DNA of 64,000 bases from Promethearchaeia archaeon (GCA_029856045.1 JAHQWG010000047.1:160001-224000), one strand, 5' to 3'. Positions 9,940 through 21,034 are shown, counted from the first letter of the stretch. Made by a program: numbers and translations. The notes: generated by a model from the sequence alone, not told the origin.

Positions 9940-10524
9940 GTGGTTTTTTTGAGTATTGAATTAACTGAGCCAAGAATAAAAGGGAGTAAAAGTCTGGAAG
10001 AGTGTATATTTGAGAGGGTAAGTGTTAGGAGTTTTAAGGATAAGGAAATTGAAATCGAAAAAATATCCCAAATTTTATGGGCAGGTCAAGGTAAAAAAGG
10101 GTATAAAAGGACCGTTCCATCTGCAGGTGCCACTTATCCTTTAGAGTTATATATTACAATTAAAAGTAAGGGTTTTTTTCATTACAATTCTAATAAAAAT
10201 CTATTGGAATTAAAAAAAGATAGTGATTTTGGAAAAGATTTAGCTCAAGCATCTTTAGATCAGATGTTTATCTATGAAGCACCGATAAATATCATAATTT
10301 GTGCTGATTTAAATAGAACATGCGATCATTATGGTAAAAGAGGTGTGAGATACGTTTATATGGAAATTGGCCACTGCGCACAAAATATTGAATTAGAAGC
10401 AGTTGCGTTAGGGTTAGCATCCGTTCCTATCGGTGCATTCCATGATGAAGAGGTAAAGAAAATATTAGATTTACCAAAAAATTTTGAACCATTATATATT
10501 ATTCCAATTGGATATCAAAAATAG
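9940..10524 (+). CDS. SagB/ThcOx-family nitroreductase
   Basis: R.SVR.F, RTVPSAGATYPLE, MEIGHCAQN, IGAF. Confidence 0.9.
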   Translation: MVFLSIELTEPRIKGSKSLEECIFERVSVRSFKDKEIEIEKISQILWAGQGKKGYKRTVPSAGATYPLELYITIKSKGFFHYNSNKNLLELKKDSDFGKDLAQASLDQMFIYEAPINIIICADLNRTCDHYGKRGVRYVYMEIGHCAQNIELEAVALGLASVPIGAFHDEEVKKILDLPKNFEPLYIIPIGYQK

Positions 10525-10596
10525 AATTTATTCTAATAAGAGGAAAAATTTATAAATCGACTTTAGATAATTTCAATTTTAAATCTACTTGCTATT

Positions 10597-12885
10597 TTAC
10601 ACAGCTTCGGGAATTAATATTACAAAATTACTTCCTTTCGTGTAGTCTCCTTTGACTCTATCCTCGACCCAAATTTCTCCATTATAACCTGTTAATATTT
10701 TTTTCACTAGCGATAATCCCAATCCCATCCCCTTTATGGATATATCTTTTTTATATCCTCTTTGAAAAATTATCTCTTTCTTAGAATCTTGTATTCCTAT
10801 GCCGTTATCTTTGAACTCAATTTTCAGATATTTAATCCCTTCTTTCTGAATTTTCGATAATAAAATAGAAATTTCTATAATTGGATTTTCATTATATTTT
10901 ACAGCATTAAATAGAATATTTTCAAAAACATCTATCAAAAGGTCATTCGCGTAGATATGTATCTTTTTCCAAGGGATGTCAACTTTTATTTTTAGTTTCC
11001 TTTCTTGAATACCGTCTTGAATAAATTTTACCGCTTTTTGTAAAATAGTATAAACTTCCGTTGATTGGGTAATAATTTGAGTTTCTTCCAATTGTGATAA
11101 TTTTAGAACATTTGAAATTAGATTTGCGCCTCTTTTAACTTGGTCTTTAAGAATTTTCAATAAATTACTCATATCTTTTAATTTTTCCGGTTCATATAGA
11201 TATAATTCACATAAGGCTGCTGAGGATAATATATTTTGAAGTATATTATTCATGTCATGAGCAAATAAGTCTTTATAAAAATCAGCAAGATTATAAGCTT
11301 CACGATATTTTTCTTCAGATTTAATTAATTTTTGTTCTGCTTTTTTTCTTTCAGTAATATCTCGAGTAAATCCATAAAAACCATTCTTTTGTCCTTGAGT
11401 ACTATATTTTAAATATATTGAACCTTCAAAAGATCGAATCTTCCCATCATTTCTTAAAACCTTACTTTCAAAATTTGATGTTGGAATTTCATTTTTATAG
11501 ACCTTATTAAAACTTTTAAATACATCCTCTATTGTTTCTTTGTCCAAAATATCACGATAATTCATACCTATCAGATCCTTCCTTGAATATCCTACAAGTT
11601 TACACATATAATCATTGAAAAAAATTAAATTTCCCTTGAGATCTACCTCAAAATACCCTTCTATAATATTTTCAAGAATTCCTCGATATTTTTTTTCAGA
11701 TTCTTTTAGTTTTTCTTCCACTTTTTTGCGATTGGTGATATCTCTTGAAACAAAAACACCTTTTATTGCCCCTTCTTTGTCTAAAAATGTTTTTCCTCCA
11801 AGTTCGACCCAAATATAAGTTCCATCTTTTTTTTTAATTCTTAATTCGGCCATTGCTTCTCCTTTTTTAAAACTTTCCCAAAAAACTTTACTGAGATTTT
11901 TAAAATCATCATTATGTATAAATTCTACTGCATCTTTACCGATTAAATCGTCTTTTGAATATCCTAAAATTTTCTGAGTAGTTATTTCATTAATGTATTC
12001 AAATTTAAATTTTTCATTAAGAATGGCAATCATATCTTTCGCATTTTCTGATATAAGTCGATATTTCTCCTCACTTTCTTTTAATGCCTCTTCTACCTTC
12101 TTTCCTTCAGTGATGTCTCTGGCGATACCACAAAGACCAAAAATATTTCCATTGGAATCCTTAAGCGGCACCTTGATTGTGTGAAAAGTATGAGGGATTC
12201 CACGAATAGGTATCGTTGGTTCTCCTTCAATAATTTCTCCGTTAATAACACGCCTGTCTACTTTCATCAAATGTTTTCCTACATTTTCTCCAAATAAGTC
12301 GATATCTGTTTTATTTTTTAATTCTTCTGCTGGTATGCCAGACAACTTCTCCATCGCCGGGTTTACTTGAATATATTGCAATGAACTATTCTTAATGAAG
12401 ATGCAGTCTTTAGCTGTCTCGATAATTGCTCGGTACATCTCTTCACTTTCCCGTAATTTTTGTTCAGCTTTTTTGAGTTTTGAAATATCTTTATCTATAC
12501 CTCTATAACCAAGCCAATTTCCATTTTTATCGTAAAAGGAAATTCCGTTTGTTAAAAAACAAACAAGATTTCCATTTTTATGCAAGTTCCAATTCTCTAA
12601 ATTAACAATTGGTTTTTGTTTTTCAGCTATTTCATTAAATATTGCAGAGACTCGAGTAGCCTCTTCTGATGGCATAAAATCGAAAGGAGTCTTTCCTAAT
12701 ATTTCTTGGGAAGTGTATCCTAAAAAATCTTTTATACGTTCACTACAGTAAGTATAGATACCGTCTTTATTTACTTCCCAAATCCAATCTATCTGGGTTG
12801 ATAAAATATCCTTATAAAAAGACTCATCATTCCTTAATTTTTCTAATAAAAGATCTCTGTCTTTTCTTTTCTCTTGTTGTTTCAT
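10597..12885 (-). CDS. Multi-PAS sensor histidine kinase
   Basis: About 4 PAS/PAC repeats (RDIT.RKK.E), HDMNN H-box, NAVKY, DNGIG, GMGLGL. Confidence 0.92.
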   Translation of the reverse strand: MKQQEKRKDRDLLLEKLRNDESFYKDILSTQIDWIWEVNKDGIYTYCSERIKDFLGYTSQEILGKTPFDFMPSEEATRVSAIFNEIAEKQKPIVNLENWNLHKNGNLVCFLTNGISFYDKNGNWLGYRGIDKDISKLKKAEQKLRESEEMYRAIIETAKDCIFIKNSSLQYIQVNPAMEKLSGIPAEELKNKTDIDLFGENVGKHLMKVDRRVINGEIIEGEPTIPIRGIPHTFHTIKVPLKDSNGNIFGLCGIARDITEGKKVEEALKESEEKYRLISENAKDMIAILNEKFKFEYINEITTQKILGYSKDDLIGKDAVEFIHNDDFKNLSKVFWESFKKGEAMAELRIKKKDGTYIWVELGGKTFLDKEGAIKGVFVSRDITNRKKVEEKLKESEKKYRGILENIIEGYFEVDLKGNLIFFNDYMCKLVGYSRKDLIGMNYRDILDKETIEDVFKSFNKVYKNEIPTSNFESKVLRNDGKIRSFEGSIYLKYSTQGQKNGFYGFTRDITERKKAEQKLIKSEEKYREAYNLADFYKDLFAHDMNNILQNILSSAALCELYLYEPEKLKDMSNLLKILKDQVKRGANLISNVLKLSQLEETQIITQSTEVYTILQKAVKFIQDGIQERKLKIKVDIPWKKIHIYANDLLIDVFENILFNAVKYNENPIIEISILLSKIQKEGIKYLKIEFKDNGIGIQDSKKEIIFQRGYKKDISIKGMGLGLSLVKKILTGYNGEIWVEDRVKGDYTKGSNFVILIPEAV

Positions 12886-13046
12886 ATAAAAATACCTTTA
12901 TTTTTCTTTTAGATATCAAAAATATCTTTTAATAATAAATAAAATCGTCATTATATCATGATATGGTAATAAAGAAAATCTTAAACTTCTTAAATAATAT
13001 CAATTCATTATATACATCATCACTGTAGGGTATTAATGATAAGATC

Positions 13047-13409
13047 CTAAAAATTTAAAACCTCTTTAATTTTTTTTACTAATTCTTCAAAATCAAAAGG
13101 TTTTTCAATAAAATCAGCCGCTCCAATTGAAAGTGCTTCTTCTCGAACAGTCTTATCTGCACTTGCAAAAATAATTTTTGGGTTTTTTCCAAGACTAATA
13201 ATTTCTTTTGTGGCATCAATCCCACTTTTGATCGGCATCCGATGATCCATTATAATAATATCCGGTTTTTCTGAAAATAATTTAAATTTATCAACAGCTT
13301 CCTGCCCATTTTTTGCAACCCCAATAATTTGAAATCCCCAAAAACTCAATAATTTTTGATATAGATCTCGGATTGCTCGATCATCCTCAACGATAAAAAT
13401 ATTGGTTAT
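13047..13409 (-). CDS. Single-domain response regulator (CheY-like); probable ATA start
   Basis: Frame extends upstream of the track start to ITNIFIVEDD, which contains the acidic pocket. MDHRMP and KPF present. Only ATA (13409) is available after an in-frame stop; GAGGT SD upstream. Confidence 0.85.
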   Translation of the reverse strand: MTNIFIVEDDRAIRDLYQKLLSFWGFQIIGVAKNGQEAVDKFKLFSEKPDIIIMDHRMPIKSGIDATKEIISLGKNPKIIFASADKTVREEALSIGAADFIEKPFDFEELVKKIKEVLNF

Positions 13410-13413
13410 TTTC

Positions 13414-16209
13414 CTAAACCTCTGGAATTATTATAATAAAATTACTCCCTTTTGAATAATCTCCTTGAACTTTATCTTCCACCCAAATTTCTCCATTACA
13501 AAGTGATACAATTTTTTTTACTAATGATAATCCCAACCCCATACCACTTGTGCTCTTATCTGCTCTATAAGCCCTTTCAAAAATTATCTCTTTTTGATCA
13601 TCAGAAATTCCGTAGCCATTATCAATAAATTCCATTTTAAGAAATTTACTACCCTCTTTTTTAATTTTTGAAAATTTAATGAGAATTTCAACAATTGAGC
13701 GTTCATTATATTTTACAGCATTAATTAATATGTTTTCAAATACATCTATTAAGAGATCATTTGCTTTAGCAAACAATTTTTTTTTTTCAGTCTCAATCTC
13801 TATATTAATTTTTCTCTTCTGGAAATTTTTCTTCAAAATCTCAACTGATTCCTTTAAAATCTTACAAACTTCTATAGATTGTGTAAGAATTTGAGCCTTA
13901 TCCAAATCAGAAAGTTTTTGTATATTTGAGATCAAGGTTGCACCCCTTCTAACTTGCTGTTTTGTGGTATTAAACATACTTCTTACTTCAGGTAATATAA
14001 TTTCCTCACCTAAATAATGAGTAGCAATTTCTATTGAAGATAATATATTTTGAAGAATATTATTCATATCGTGAGTAAAAAGATCCTTATAAAAATTAAC
14101 GCGATTATAAGCTTCACGATAATTCTCTTCCGATTCTTTTAGTTTTTGTTCTGCTTTTTTCCTCTCTGTGATATCCTGTATTATAAATTGTATCAATGAT
14201 TGATCTTCTATCTTTATTAAAGAACCATGGAGATTTGTCCATATTATACCTCCTATTGATCTACTTAATGGAAACTCAAATGATTCTGTAACTTCACCTC
14301 TAAGCGCTTCATTGAATTGCTTTTCGAATAATGATACAAGAGGTTTATTTCTCTCATTAAATGAGAAAATTTCTCTGAAATTTCTTCCGACTAAATAATC
14401 TTTTGTATGCGTAGAAAGAAAATGATTTGTAGCAGTATTACAATCTATAAGATTTCCTTTTAAATCCAAAAGCCCTATGGAATATGGAGAACTTTCGAAT
14501 AAATGTCGATATTTTTCTTCGGATTCCCTTAATTTTTGTTCCCAATTTTTTCTTTCAGTGATATCCCGTATAAGACCATAAAACCCAATCTTTTTTCCTT
14601 CAGAATCACGTTTTAAATAAACAGAACTTTCAATAAATCGTTGTTGTCCATCCTTTCTATTCGTTTTAAATTCTATTGTTGCTCGAGGAATCTCATCTTT
14701 ATAAACCATATTGAACTTCTTAAAAATGTCTTTAATATTTTCCGTATGAATCAATGTGCCATAATTCTTTCCCAATAATTCAGCTTTCGTATATCCAAGA
14801 TATTCAGCTAATCGATCATTGAAAAATTTGAGATTTCCTTTGAGATCTACCTCATAATATCCTTCCTTAATATCTTCAAGAATTCCTCGATATTTTTCTT
14901 CGGATTCTTTAATCTTCCGTTCTGCTAACACACGCTCAGTAATATCACGGCTGATTCCGAACAAGACATCTTGATCATCCCAACGACCTTTAGTAAAAAT
15001 TGTTTCAACGGGAATTATTTTCTCTTCCTTGGTAATAAATGGAATATTACAAGAATTAATTTTACCCTCAACTAAGTCTCTGAAAATTCTAAGCGCACGA
15101 TCGTTTTGGGCAGGGGGATAAATTTTTAATATATTCATTTTTAGCATTTCCTCTTCTGAATAATTTAAGGTTTTTAAAACGGAAGGATTAATGTTGAGAA
15201 AGCGCCCATCGAAATTCAGAACAAATATTAATTCTTGCATAGAATCGAATAACGTTTGTAAATTTGCCTGACTTTCTTGAAGAGCTTCTTCGGTTTGCAT
15301 TTTTTCTATAATTGCACCGGTTTCTTGTGCTATAGTTTGAAATATATTTTTTTCTTCGTTTGAGAAGAAATGACGATTTTTAAAGGCTATATTTATTGTT
15401 CCATAGACTTTATTTTTTACAAAAAAGGGGATACTGGCAAGGGATAATATTCCCCACTTTTTTGAACGCCTAGGATTAAGTTTAGAATAATCCTCGGCAA
15501 ATAGTGGCTGCCCTTCGTTAAAAACAATATTATAAGCACCTTCATCGATTTTAACTCGCTTCACATCTTTAATAAAATCGGAAGGAAGCCCTTTAAAACA
15601 TGCTAATTCAGCAATCCTTGTGCTTTCATCCACTAAATAAATACCTCCCCCTTCAAAATTCATCAATTCAAGGGTTGAATTTAATACATTTTCTAATAAC
15701 AATGATAAGTCCTTAATTTTATTTACTGCTATTATAATTCGGTTTAAAATTTCCATTTTTCTTGCGTATTCTTTTATATTTTCTTCTGCCTTCTTGCGTT
15801 CGGTTATATCTAGAAGTGATGCTACACTTTTTTTTGTTCTAGGAATCATATCGATATTTAGCAATATATCCCGAATATCACCTCTTTTATTGATGAAATG
15901 AAACTCGTAACTTTTTGGAGCAATGTCAGAGGTTTTTCTGCGTGAGTAATGATACTTTTTCATCATCTCTAATTCTTCTTTGATAACAAATTCAGTCCAT
16001 TTTTTTTTCCATTCAATCTCTTCTTTTGAATAACCAGAGAGTTCTTCAAATTTTTCGTTTGCAAGTGAAATAGTGGTGTCCTTCTCGATTATAACAGTTG
16101 CAGTACCTGTATTTTCGAAAATAGTTCGGTATTTTTCTTCAGATTCCTTTAAATTTATTTCCTTCTCTATTCGCTTTCTTGACTCCAAGTTTTTATCTTC
16201 ATTATTCAA
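13414..16209 (-). CDS. PAS-GAF-PAS sensor histidine kinase
   Basis: PAS, GAF, three further PAS, HDMNN H-box, HATPase motifs. Confidence 0.92.
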   Translation of the reverse strand: MNNEDKNLESRKRIEKEINLKESEEKYRTIFENTGTATVIIEKDTTISLANEKFEELSGYSKEEIEWKKKWTEFVIKEELEMMKKYHYSRRKTSDIAPKSYEFHFINKRGDIRDILLNIDMIPRTKKSVASLLDITERKKAEENIKEYARKMEILNRIIIAVNKIKDLSLLLENVLNSTLELMNFEGGGIYLVDESTRIAELACFKGLPSDFIKDVKRVKIDEGAYNIVFNEGQPLFAEDYSKLNPRRSKKWGILSLASIPFFVKNKVYGTINIAFKNRHFFSNEEKNIFQTIAQETGAIIEKMQTEEALQESQANLQTLFDSMQELIFVLNFDGRFLNINPSVLKTLNYSEEEMLKMNILKIYPPAQNDRALRIFRDLVEGKINSCNIPFITKEEKIIPVETIFTKGRWDDQDVLFGISRDITERVLAERKIKESEEKYRGILEDIKEGYYEVDLKGNLKFFNDRLAEYLGYTKAELLGKNYGTLIHTENIKDIFKKFNMVYKDEIPRATIEFKTNRKDGQQRFIESSVYLKRDSEGKKIGFYGLIRDITERKNWEQKLRESEEKYRHLFESSPYSIGLLDLKGNLIDCNTATNHFLSTHTKDYLVGRNFREIFSFNERNKPLVSLFEKQFNEALRGEVTESFEFPLSRSIGGIIWTNLHGSLIKIEDQSLIQFIIQDITERKKAEQKLKESEENYREAYNRVNFYKDLFTHDMNNILQNILSSIEIATHYLGEEIILPEVRSMFNTTKQQVRRGATLISNIQKLSDLDKAQILTQSIEVCKILKESVEILKKNFQKRKINIEIETEKKKLFAKANDLLIDVFENILINAVKYNERSIVEILIKFSKIKKEGSKFLKMEFIDNGYGISDDQKEIIFERAYRADKSTSGMGLGLSLVKKIVSLCNGEIWVEDKVQGDYSKGSNFIIIIPEV

Positions 16210-16450
16210 TTTTAATCATCATTTTTTTATTTTAATGTTAATACTCACATATTATCTAAAATTATTAAATTAAAATTTAAGTAGGAAAATAATTGAATTA
16301 GAAAATTTTGATTCTTGATCTTTATATTTAATACAAATATTTCATATAAAGTTTAAAATTATTTTATATACGAAATTCGATTATATTTAAAAATTTCATA
16401 AAAATTAATTTAGGATATAAATTAAGAAGAAAAAATGTAGGGATTTAAAT

Positions 16451-17242
16451 TTACATAAACAATTGCGAATATCTTTCCTTTGATCCGGGTTCTTTTTGCG
16501 ATAAATGCATCTGTTGAGCTTTTTGGGCTAATTCCATCATCTTATTTTTTATTTCTTTACCACGTTCTAATAAATCTGAGACATCAACTCCTAATTGATA
16601 AATAGTATTAAGAGCCTTAATTATTTCTGCACCTCCTTCTGGTGTCGGAATCTGCTGGTAAGCATCAGTAAATAAGATATATGCATCAATAGGGTTGTTT
16701 AAGCATTCATTTAATATTGTGGCTTCAGGTCCTACGACTAAACCTTTGGGTATAATTTCAAGTCCAAGCTTTTCAAGTTTTTCCTTTATCTCTTTCTCAG
16801 CAGCAAAGAAAACTTTAAATTTTTCTACCATATTCAATGTTGGAATACCTTGCAGTATTACCATTTCCTTAGCTTTTATATCTTGGGACAAAGCCCAATT
16901 ACAAATTGTCCTGGCGAGGTCAGAATAATCTTTTGGGGTAGAAAAGGGGAGATCGCAAACACCGACAACTATATTTTTACTTTCAGAATAGTATAATCTA
17001 AAGGGGCGCTTTAAGATCCCATCTGTAAACACTGCAATAGGCGGAAATGAATCGCTTGCAACAAACCCAATTTGTTTAATATCTTCAATTTTTTCAACTA
17101 ACTCGTTAGTCACAATTGGTCCAATTAATCCGATTCCTGCAAATCCTAAAATAACCGTGGAATTTGGCTGAATTTCTTTAGGATCAACCCCTAAAACAAT
17201 CCTACTTCTTTTGCCTTTCTCACAAATATATACTTTGGTCAT
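16451..17242 (-). CDS. Proteasome assembly chaperone (PAC2 family)
   Basis: ILGFAGIGLIG.I, FPPIAVF.DG...PFRLY, P.PEGGA, VD.SDL.E. Confidence 0.8.
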   Translation of the reverse strand: MTKVYICEKGKRSRIVLGVDPKEIQPNSTVILGFAGIGLIGPIVTNELVEKIEDIKQIGFVASDSFPPIAVFTDGILKRPFRLYYSESKNIVVGVCDLPFSTPKDYSDLARTICNWALSQDIKAKEMVILQGIPTLNMVEKFKVFFAAEKEIKEKLEKLGLEIIPKGLVVGPEATILNECLNNPIDAYILFTDAYQQIPTPEGGAEIIKALNTIYQLGVDVSDLLERGKEIKNKMMELAQKAQQMHLSQKEPGSKERYSQLFM

Positions 17243-17434
17243 AATATTCTCACAAAAATTTGAGTTTCAATAAAAGTAATTGTTTTGTATATAATTAATT
17301 ATTTTGTAATATTAACTAAAAACGATATATAAGAGAAAATTTTTATTAACTTCTAAGATATTAAAGAAAAAGTAAATTTATTAAAATCATAAAAGAGTAA
17401 TTAATATCATATAAGAAATTAATGGTGTGGAGAA

Positions 17435-18028
17435 ATTTCAAAGAATATTCCAGATGTATCAAATTTAATATATTTTATTCATTTTGGAACGAAGGAACAT
17501 ATATATTTTTCTTGGAAATCAAAATATAGACCAAAGGCTTTCATTTTTGATTACGCAATTGCAAAGAATGCCCTCAAAACCGATATATATTATCAATTGA
17601 ACAAGGGGGATGTTAAAATAGTTTATATTAAAAAAAATAGTTTTATTTATATAATTGGGGGGCATATTTCAGTCCAATATCAAATCCTTGAAGCATTAAT
17701 TGAACATCTTTCTATAAAATTTATTGAAATTTATGGAGATGTTCTAAAAGAAATTTTTGATATTGGAACAGATGATTTCTTTAAAGATTTTATTTCAAAA
17801 ATTGAAAATTCAATTAAACATATTCCTAATCAAATTGGGAAAATAATTAACGTATATTGCAGAATTTGTGGCGAATATGTAAATGTTTACGTGAAAGATA
17901 GCTTAATTGAAGATGCAGAAGATTACCCAGTCGCTTTAGTATATATGCACCATGGGCACTCTCTTTTGTTATATATTGATGCAGATTTTAAAGTGAGGGG
18001 AGCCGAAATCGTTTCAATTACCGGTTAG
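17435..18028 (+). CDS. Hypothetical protein, longin-like N-terminal part plus CxxC...HxxH C-terminal domain; probable ATT start
   Basis: Frame is open from 17423 (stop at 17420); ATT at 17435 follows GGTGTGGAG. C-terminal CRIC...YPV...HHGH.LLLYIDADFKVRG. Longin resemblance is inference. Confidence 0.65.
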   Translation: MSKNIPDVSNLIYFIHFGTKEHIYFSWKSKYRPKAFIFDYAIAKNALKTDIYYQLNKGDVKIVYIKKNSFIYIIGGHISVQYQILEALIEHLSIKFIEIYGDVLKEIFDIGTDDFFKDFISKIENSIKHIPNQIGKIINVYCRICGEYVNVYVKDSLIEDAEDYPVALVYMHHGHSLLLYIDADFKVRGAEIVSITG

Positions 18029-18643
18029 AGATAACCCCTCAACCTTTGTTTTTAAAAAGCGTTCTTGTTTGAATATTCTTCTTGTTAAAATATCAAAAGG
18101 CTCATTAATTTTGATACCAGTTTTTGAAGATACCTTTAAATAATCATCCAAATTATACCTTTCTCTCAATTCTAAAGGATAAATATCATCCACAGATATT
18201 TTTTCTCCTAAATCAAGTTTTGTTCCTAATAATAGGATCGGAAGGTTTGGATCCTCATCTCGAATCATTTTAACCCATTCTTCTATCCTATTAAGAGTAG
18301 TCATTCGAGTGAGATCAAACATCAAGAGAGCTCCGTATGCTCCGTTTAGATAATACTGCAAAATTGATCGAAATTGTATTTCTCCTCCTAAATCCCAGAG
18401 TTGCAACTTATACCCCATTCCGTCAATTATAATCTCTTTTAGAAAAAATTGAACACCTACCGTTAGCTTAGTATCAGGTATGAATTTTTCTTCTACATAT
18501 CGATGTAAGAAAGTTGTTTTACCTACACCACCTTCTCCTGCGACAATAATCTTTAAAAAATCTTTTGGTTTGGTTTCTTTCTTTTCCTTATCTTTTTTGA
18601 TGCTGACAGTAGGCTTTTTTTTTCGCTTTTTAAATAACTTCAT
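18014..18643 (-). CDS. Rab-like small GTPase (Ras superfamily)
   Basis: GEGGVGKT, LTVGVQF, LQLWDLGGE, GTKLD, SSK. Confidence 0.92.
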   Translation of the reverse strand: MKLFKKRKKKPTVSIKKDKEKKETKPKDFLKIIVAGEGGVGKTTFLHRYVEEKFIPDTKLTVGVQFFLKEIIIDGMGYKLQLWDLGGEIQFRSILQYYLNGAYGALLMFDLTRMTTLNRIEEWVKMIRDEDPNLPILLLGTKLDLGEKISVDDIYPLELRERYNLDDYLKVSSKTGIKINEPFDILTRRIFKQERFLKTKVEGLSLTGN

Positions 18644-18695
18644 AAAAATATGAATTCCATATTCTATTAGTTATTGAAAAATTTATTACTTTTTT

Positions 18696-19064
18696 CTAGA
18701 AATTCCACCATCCATAAATTATGGAAATAATACCCCCAATTAAAACAACGAGATTCAATACGAGATCGCCTTTATTTGAACTAAATCTACCTTGCTGTTT
18801 GTTATAAGTTAGATCTATTAAGCCTAAAAACACTAAAGCGCCTCCAGAAATTAAACTGAAAATTACTCCAAAACTTTCTCCTAAAAAATTTCCGATTGCA
18901 GCCAAGATCAAGATCGGAACAACCCAGCCAAGGTCAGGTACTGGAAAGCTTCTTTCATGGCTTAAATAAGCTTCTGAATTTTCCGGATTTTTATTTTGCA
19001 CCTTGAAAAAATCAATCCAAAACCAAATAATCGCTGCGCTTCCTAATATTTGCAAGATTGCCAT
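18696..19064 (-). CDS. Hypothetical membrane protein
   Basis: Four hydrophobic segments; HERSFPVPD loop. Confidence 0.7.
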   Translation of the reverse strand: MAILQILGSAAIIWFWIDFFKVQNKNPENSEAYLSHERSFPVPDLGWVVPILILAAIGNFLGESFGVIFSLISGGALVFLGLIDLTYNKQQGRFSSNKGDLVLNLVVLIGGIISIIYGWWNF

Positions 19065-19188
19065 TAAAATATTAAAAATTTTTTATCGACTCCAATTGAT
19101 TTAAAATTATTTAATATAATTATATGCATTTAATTAAATTAAGAGTTTTTCAAACTTTATATACTAAAATGTTTAAAGGTGATAAAAA

Positions 19189-19986
19189 ATTTTTGATAAA
19201 TTTTTAGAAGGAAAGGGTGCCGTTATAACTGGCGCTGCTTCTGGGTTTGGAAGAGATATTGCCTTAAAATACGCAGAATTAGGTGCAAACTTGGTTTTAA
19301 ATGATATTAATGAGGAAGGACTTGAAGAAACCACAAAAATGGTGAAATCAAAATTTGGTTCTGAAGTTCTACCTATTAAAGCTGATGTGTCAATTGGGGA
19401 TGAAGTAAATCAAATGAGGAAAAAAGCCTTTTCTACTTTTGATAATATATTTGTGCTAGTTAACAATGCAGGAGGAGGTGTCTCGTCTTTTAAAAATATT
19501 CTTGCCAGAACAGAAGAAGATTGGCATAAAATTTTAGATATTAATTTAAAAAGTCAATGGTTGATGGCTAAAGCGTTCTGTAGAAAAATGAAACCACAAA
19601 AATTTGAACCAATATCTGGGAAGGTAATTAATATGGCTTCAATAGCTGGTGTGCGGCCAGAAGCACAAACACCCGTGTATAGCATAGCTAAGGCTGGAAT
19701 TATTGCGTTAACAAAAATATTGGCAGCACAACTCGCACCAAAAATGACGGTTAATAGTATAGCTCCTGGATACCATATAACTGGACTGTATAATAATTCA
19801 GAACAAGCATTAAAAGACGCGATGGAGGTTCAGGGTATAAAAACCCCCTTAAATAGATTGGGAACAGTTGAAGATGTGTCAAAAGTTGCTGTATTTTTAG
19901 CTTCACCCCTCTCTGATTTCATTACAGCTCAAAATATCGTTGTAGATGGTGGCGTAATTACAGTAGGTGTGGCTGCACATTTATAA
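19189..19986 (+). CDS. SDR-family oxidoreductase (FabG-like); probable ATT start
   Basis: The Rossmann motif TGAASGFG lies upstream of the track start. In-frame stop at 19183, ATT at 19189 after AGGTGA SD. NNAG, YSIAK and VDGG present. Confidence 0.9.
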   Translation: MFDKFLEGKGAVITGAASGFGRDIALKYAELGANLVLNDINEEGLEETTKMVKSKFGSEVLPIKADVSIGDEVNQMRKKAFSTFDNIFVLVNNAGGGVSSFKNILARTEEDWHKILDINLKSQWLMAKAFCRKMKPQKFEPISGKVINMASIAGVRPEAQTPVYSIAKAGIIALTKILAAQLAPKMTVNSIAPGYHITGLYNNSEQALKDAMEVQGIKTPLNRLGTVEDVSKVAVFLASPLSDFITAQNIVVDGGVITVGVAAHL

Positions 19987-20224
19987 ACTAATTATTACCT
20001 AAAAATATTAAAATTTTATTTTTTCTTTCTATATAAAGGCGGAAATGAAAATCTTTTTTATCAAACGCTGGTTTTGGAAACAAGATTCTACTTCAAACTC
20101 ATTAAATATTAGTATATTGTTGGAAATAAACAAAATTTTAATCTGAAAAAAAATCATCTTACATTTATTAGTTCTTTCTAATAAAATATAAAAACAAATT
20201 TAAAATTAAGCCCATAACTATGAT

Positions 20225-21034
20225 TTGTTAGAAATTATGTCATCAGACGTTTTACTTTCAGTTAAGGATATTTCTATTTTCTCGGAAGATAGGCAGTGTA
20301 ATATTGTTGATACAATATCATTTGATGTGATTGAAGGAAGCATTCATTCGATAATTGGGCCGAATGGAGCAGGAAAATCAACCATAGGATATGCAATAAT
20401 GGGAATTTACCATCCATGTAGTGGTAAGATATTTTTTGAAGGGGAAAATATTTCAGACTTAACTATTACAGAGAGAGCAAAGAGAGGAATTACACTTGCT
20501 TGGCAGACTCCAGCTAGGTTTGATGGTTTATCAGTTTATGACTATATTGGTGTCGGTGTCAAAGATAAAAATCTAATTGAGCAAAGAGTGACAGAAGCGT
20601 TAGAAATAGTTAATTTAAATCCGGACATTTATCTTAAGCGAAAAGTAGATGCAAATTTGAGTGGAGGAGAGAGGAAGAGAATCGAATTAGCTTCAGTAAT
20701 CGCGATGCGTCCTAAGCTTGTTATTTTAGATGAAGCAGAGGCGGGAATGGATTTAATTGTTTTAGAGTCTTTTATGGACATTTTCAATAAAATTAAAGAG
20801 CTCAGAATGACCATCTTAATAATTACCCACCGAGAAGATATTGGAATGGTTTCGGATAATTCAACACTGATTTGGGATGGAAAAGTCTTGGCAAATGGCT
20901 CTTTTCGGGATATTATGGTCTTATATTGCCAAAAAGCGGGATTAAAAAAGATTTGCAGCAGAACATTGTTTAATCAGTTTGATGAATCTGTAGATAAAAT
21001 TATTGAAGAGGAAACACGGGAAAATAAAATATGA
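20225..21034 (+). CDS. sufC: SufC/SmsC-like ABC ATPase (ATG at 20237 is an alternative start)
   Basis: GPNGAGKST, ITLAWQ.PARF.G, LSGGERKRIELA, ILDE; overlaps sufBD by 4 bp. Confidence 0.85.
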   Translation: MLEIMSSDVLLSVKDISIFSEDRQCNIVDTISFDVIEGSIHSIIGPNGAGKSTIGYAIMGIYHPCSGKIFFEGENISDLTITERAKRGITLAWQTPARFDGLSVYDYIGVGVKDKNLIEQRVTEALEIVNLNPDIYLKRKVDANLSGGERKRIELASVIAMRPKLVILDEAEAGMDLIVLESFMDIFNKIKELRMTILIITHREDIGMVSDNSTLIWDGKVLANGSFRDIMVLYCQKAGLKKICSRTLFNQFDESVDKIIEEETRENKI

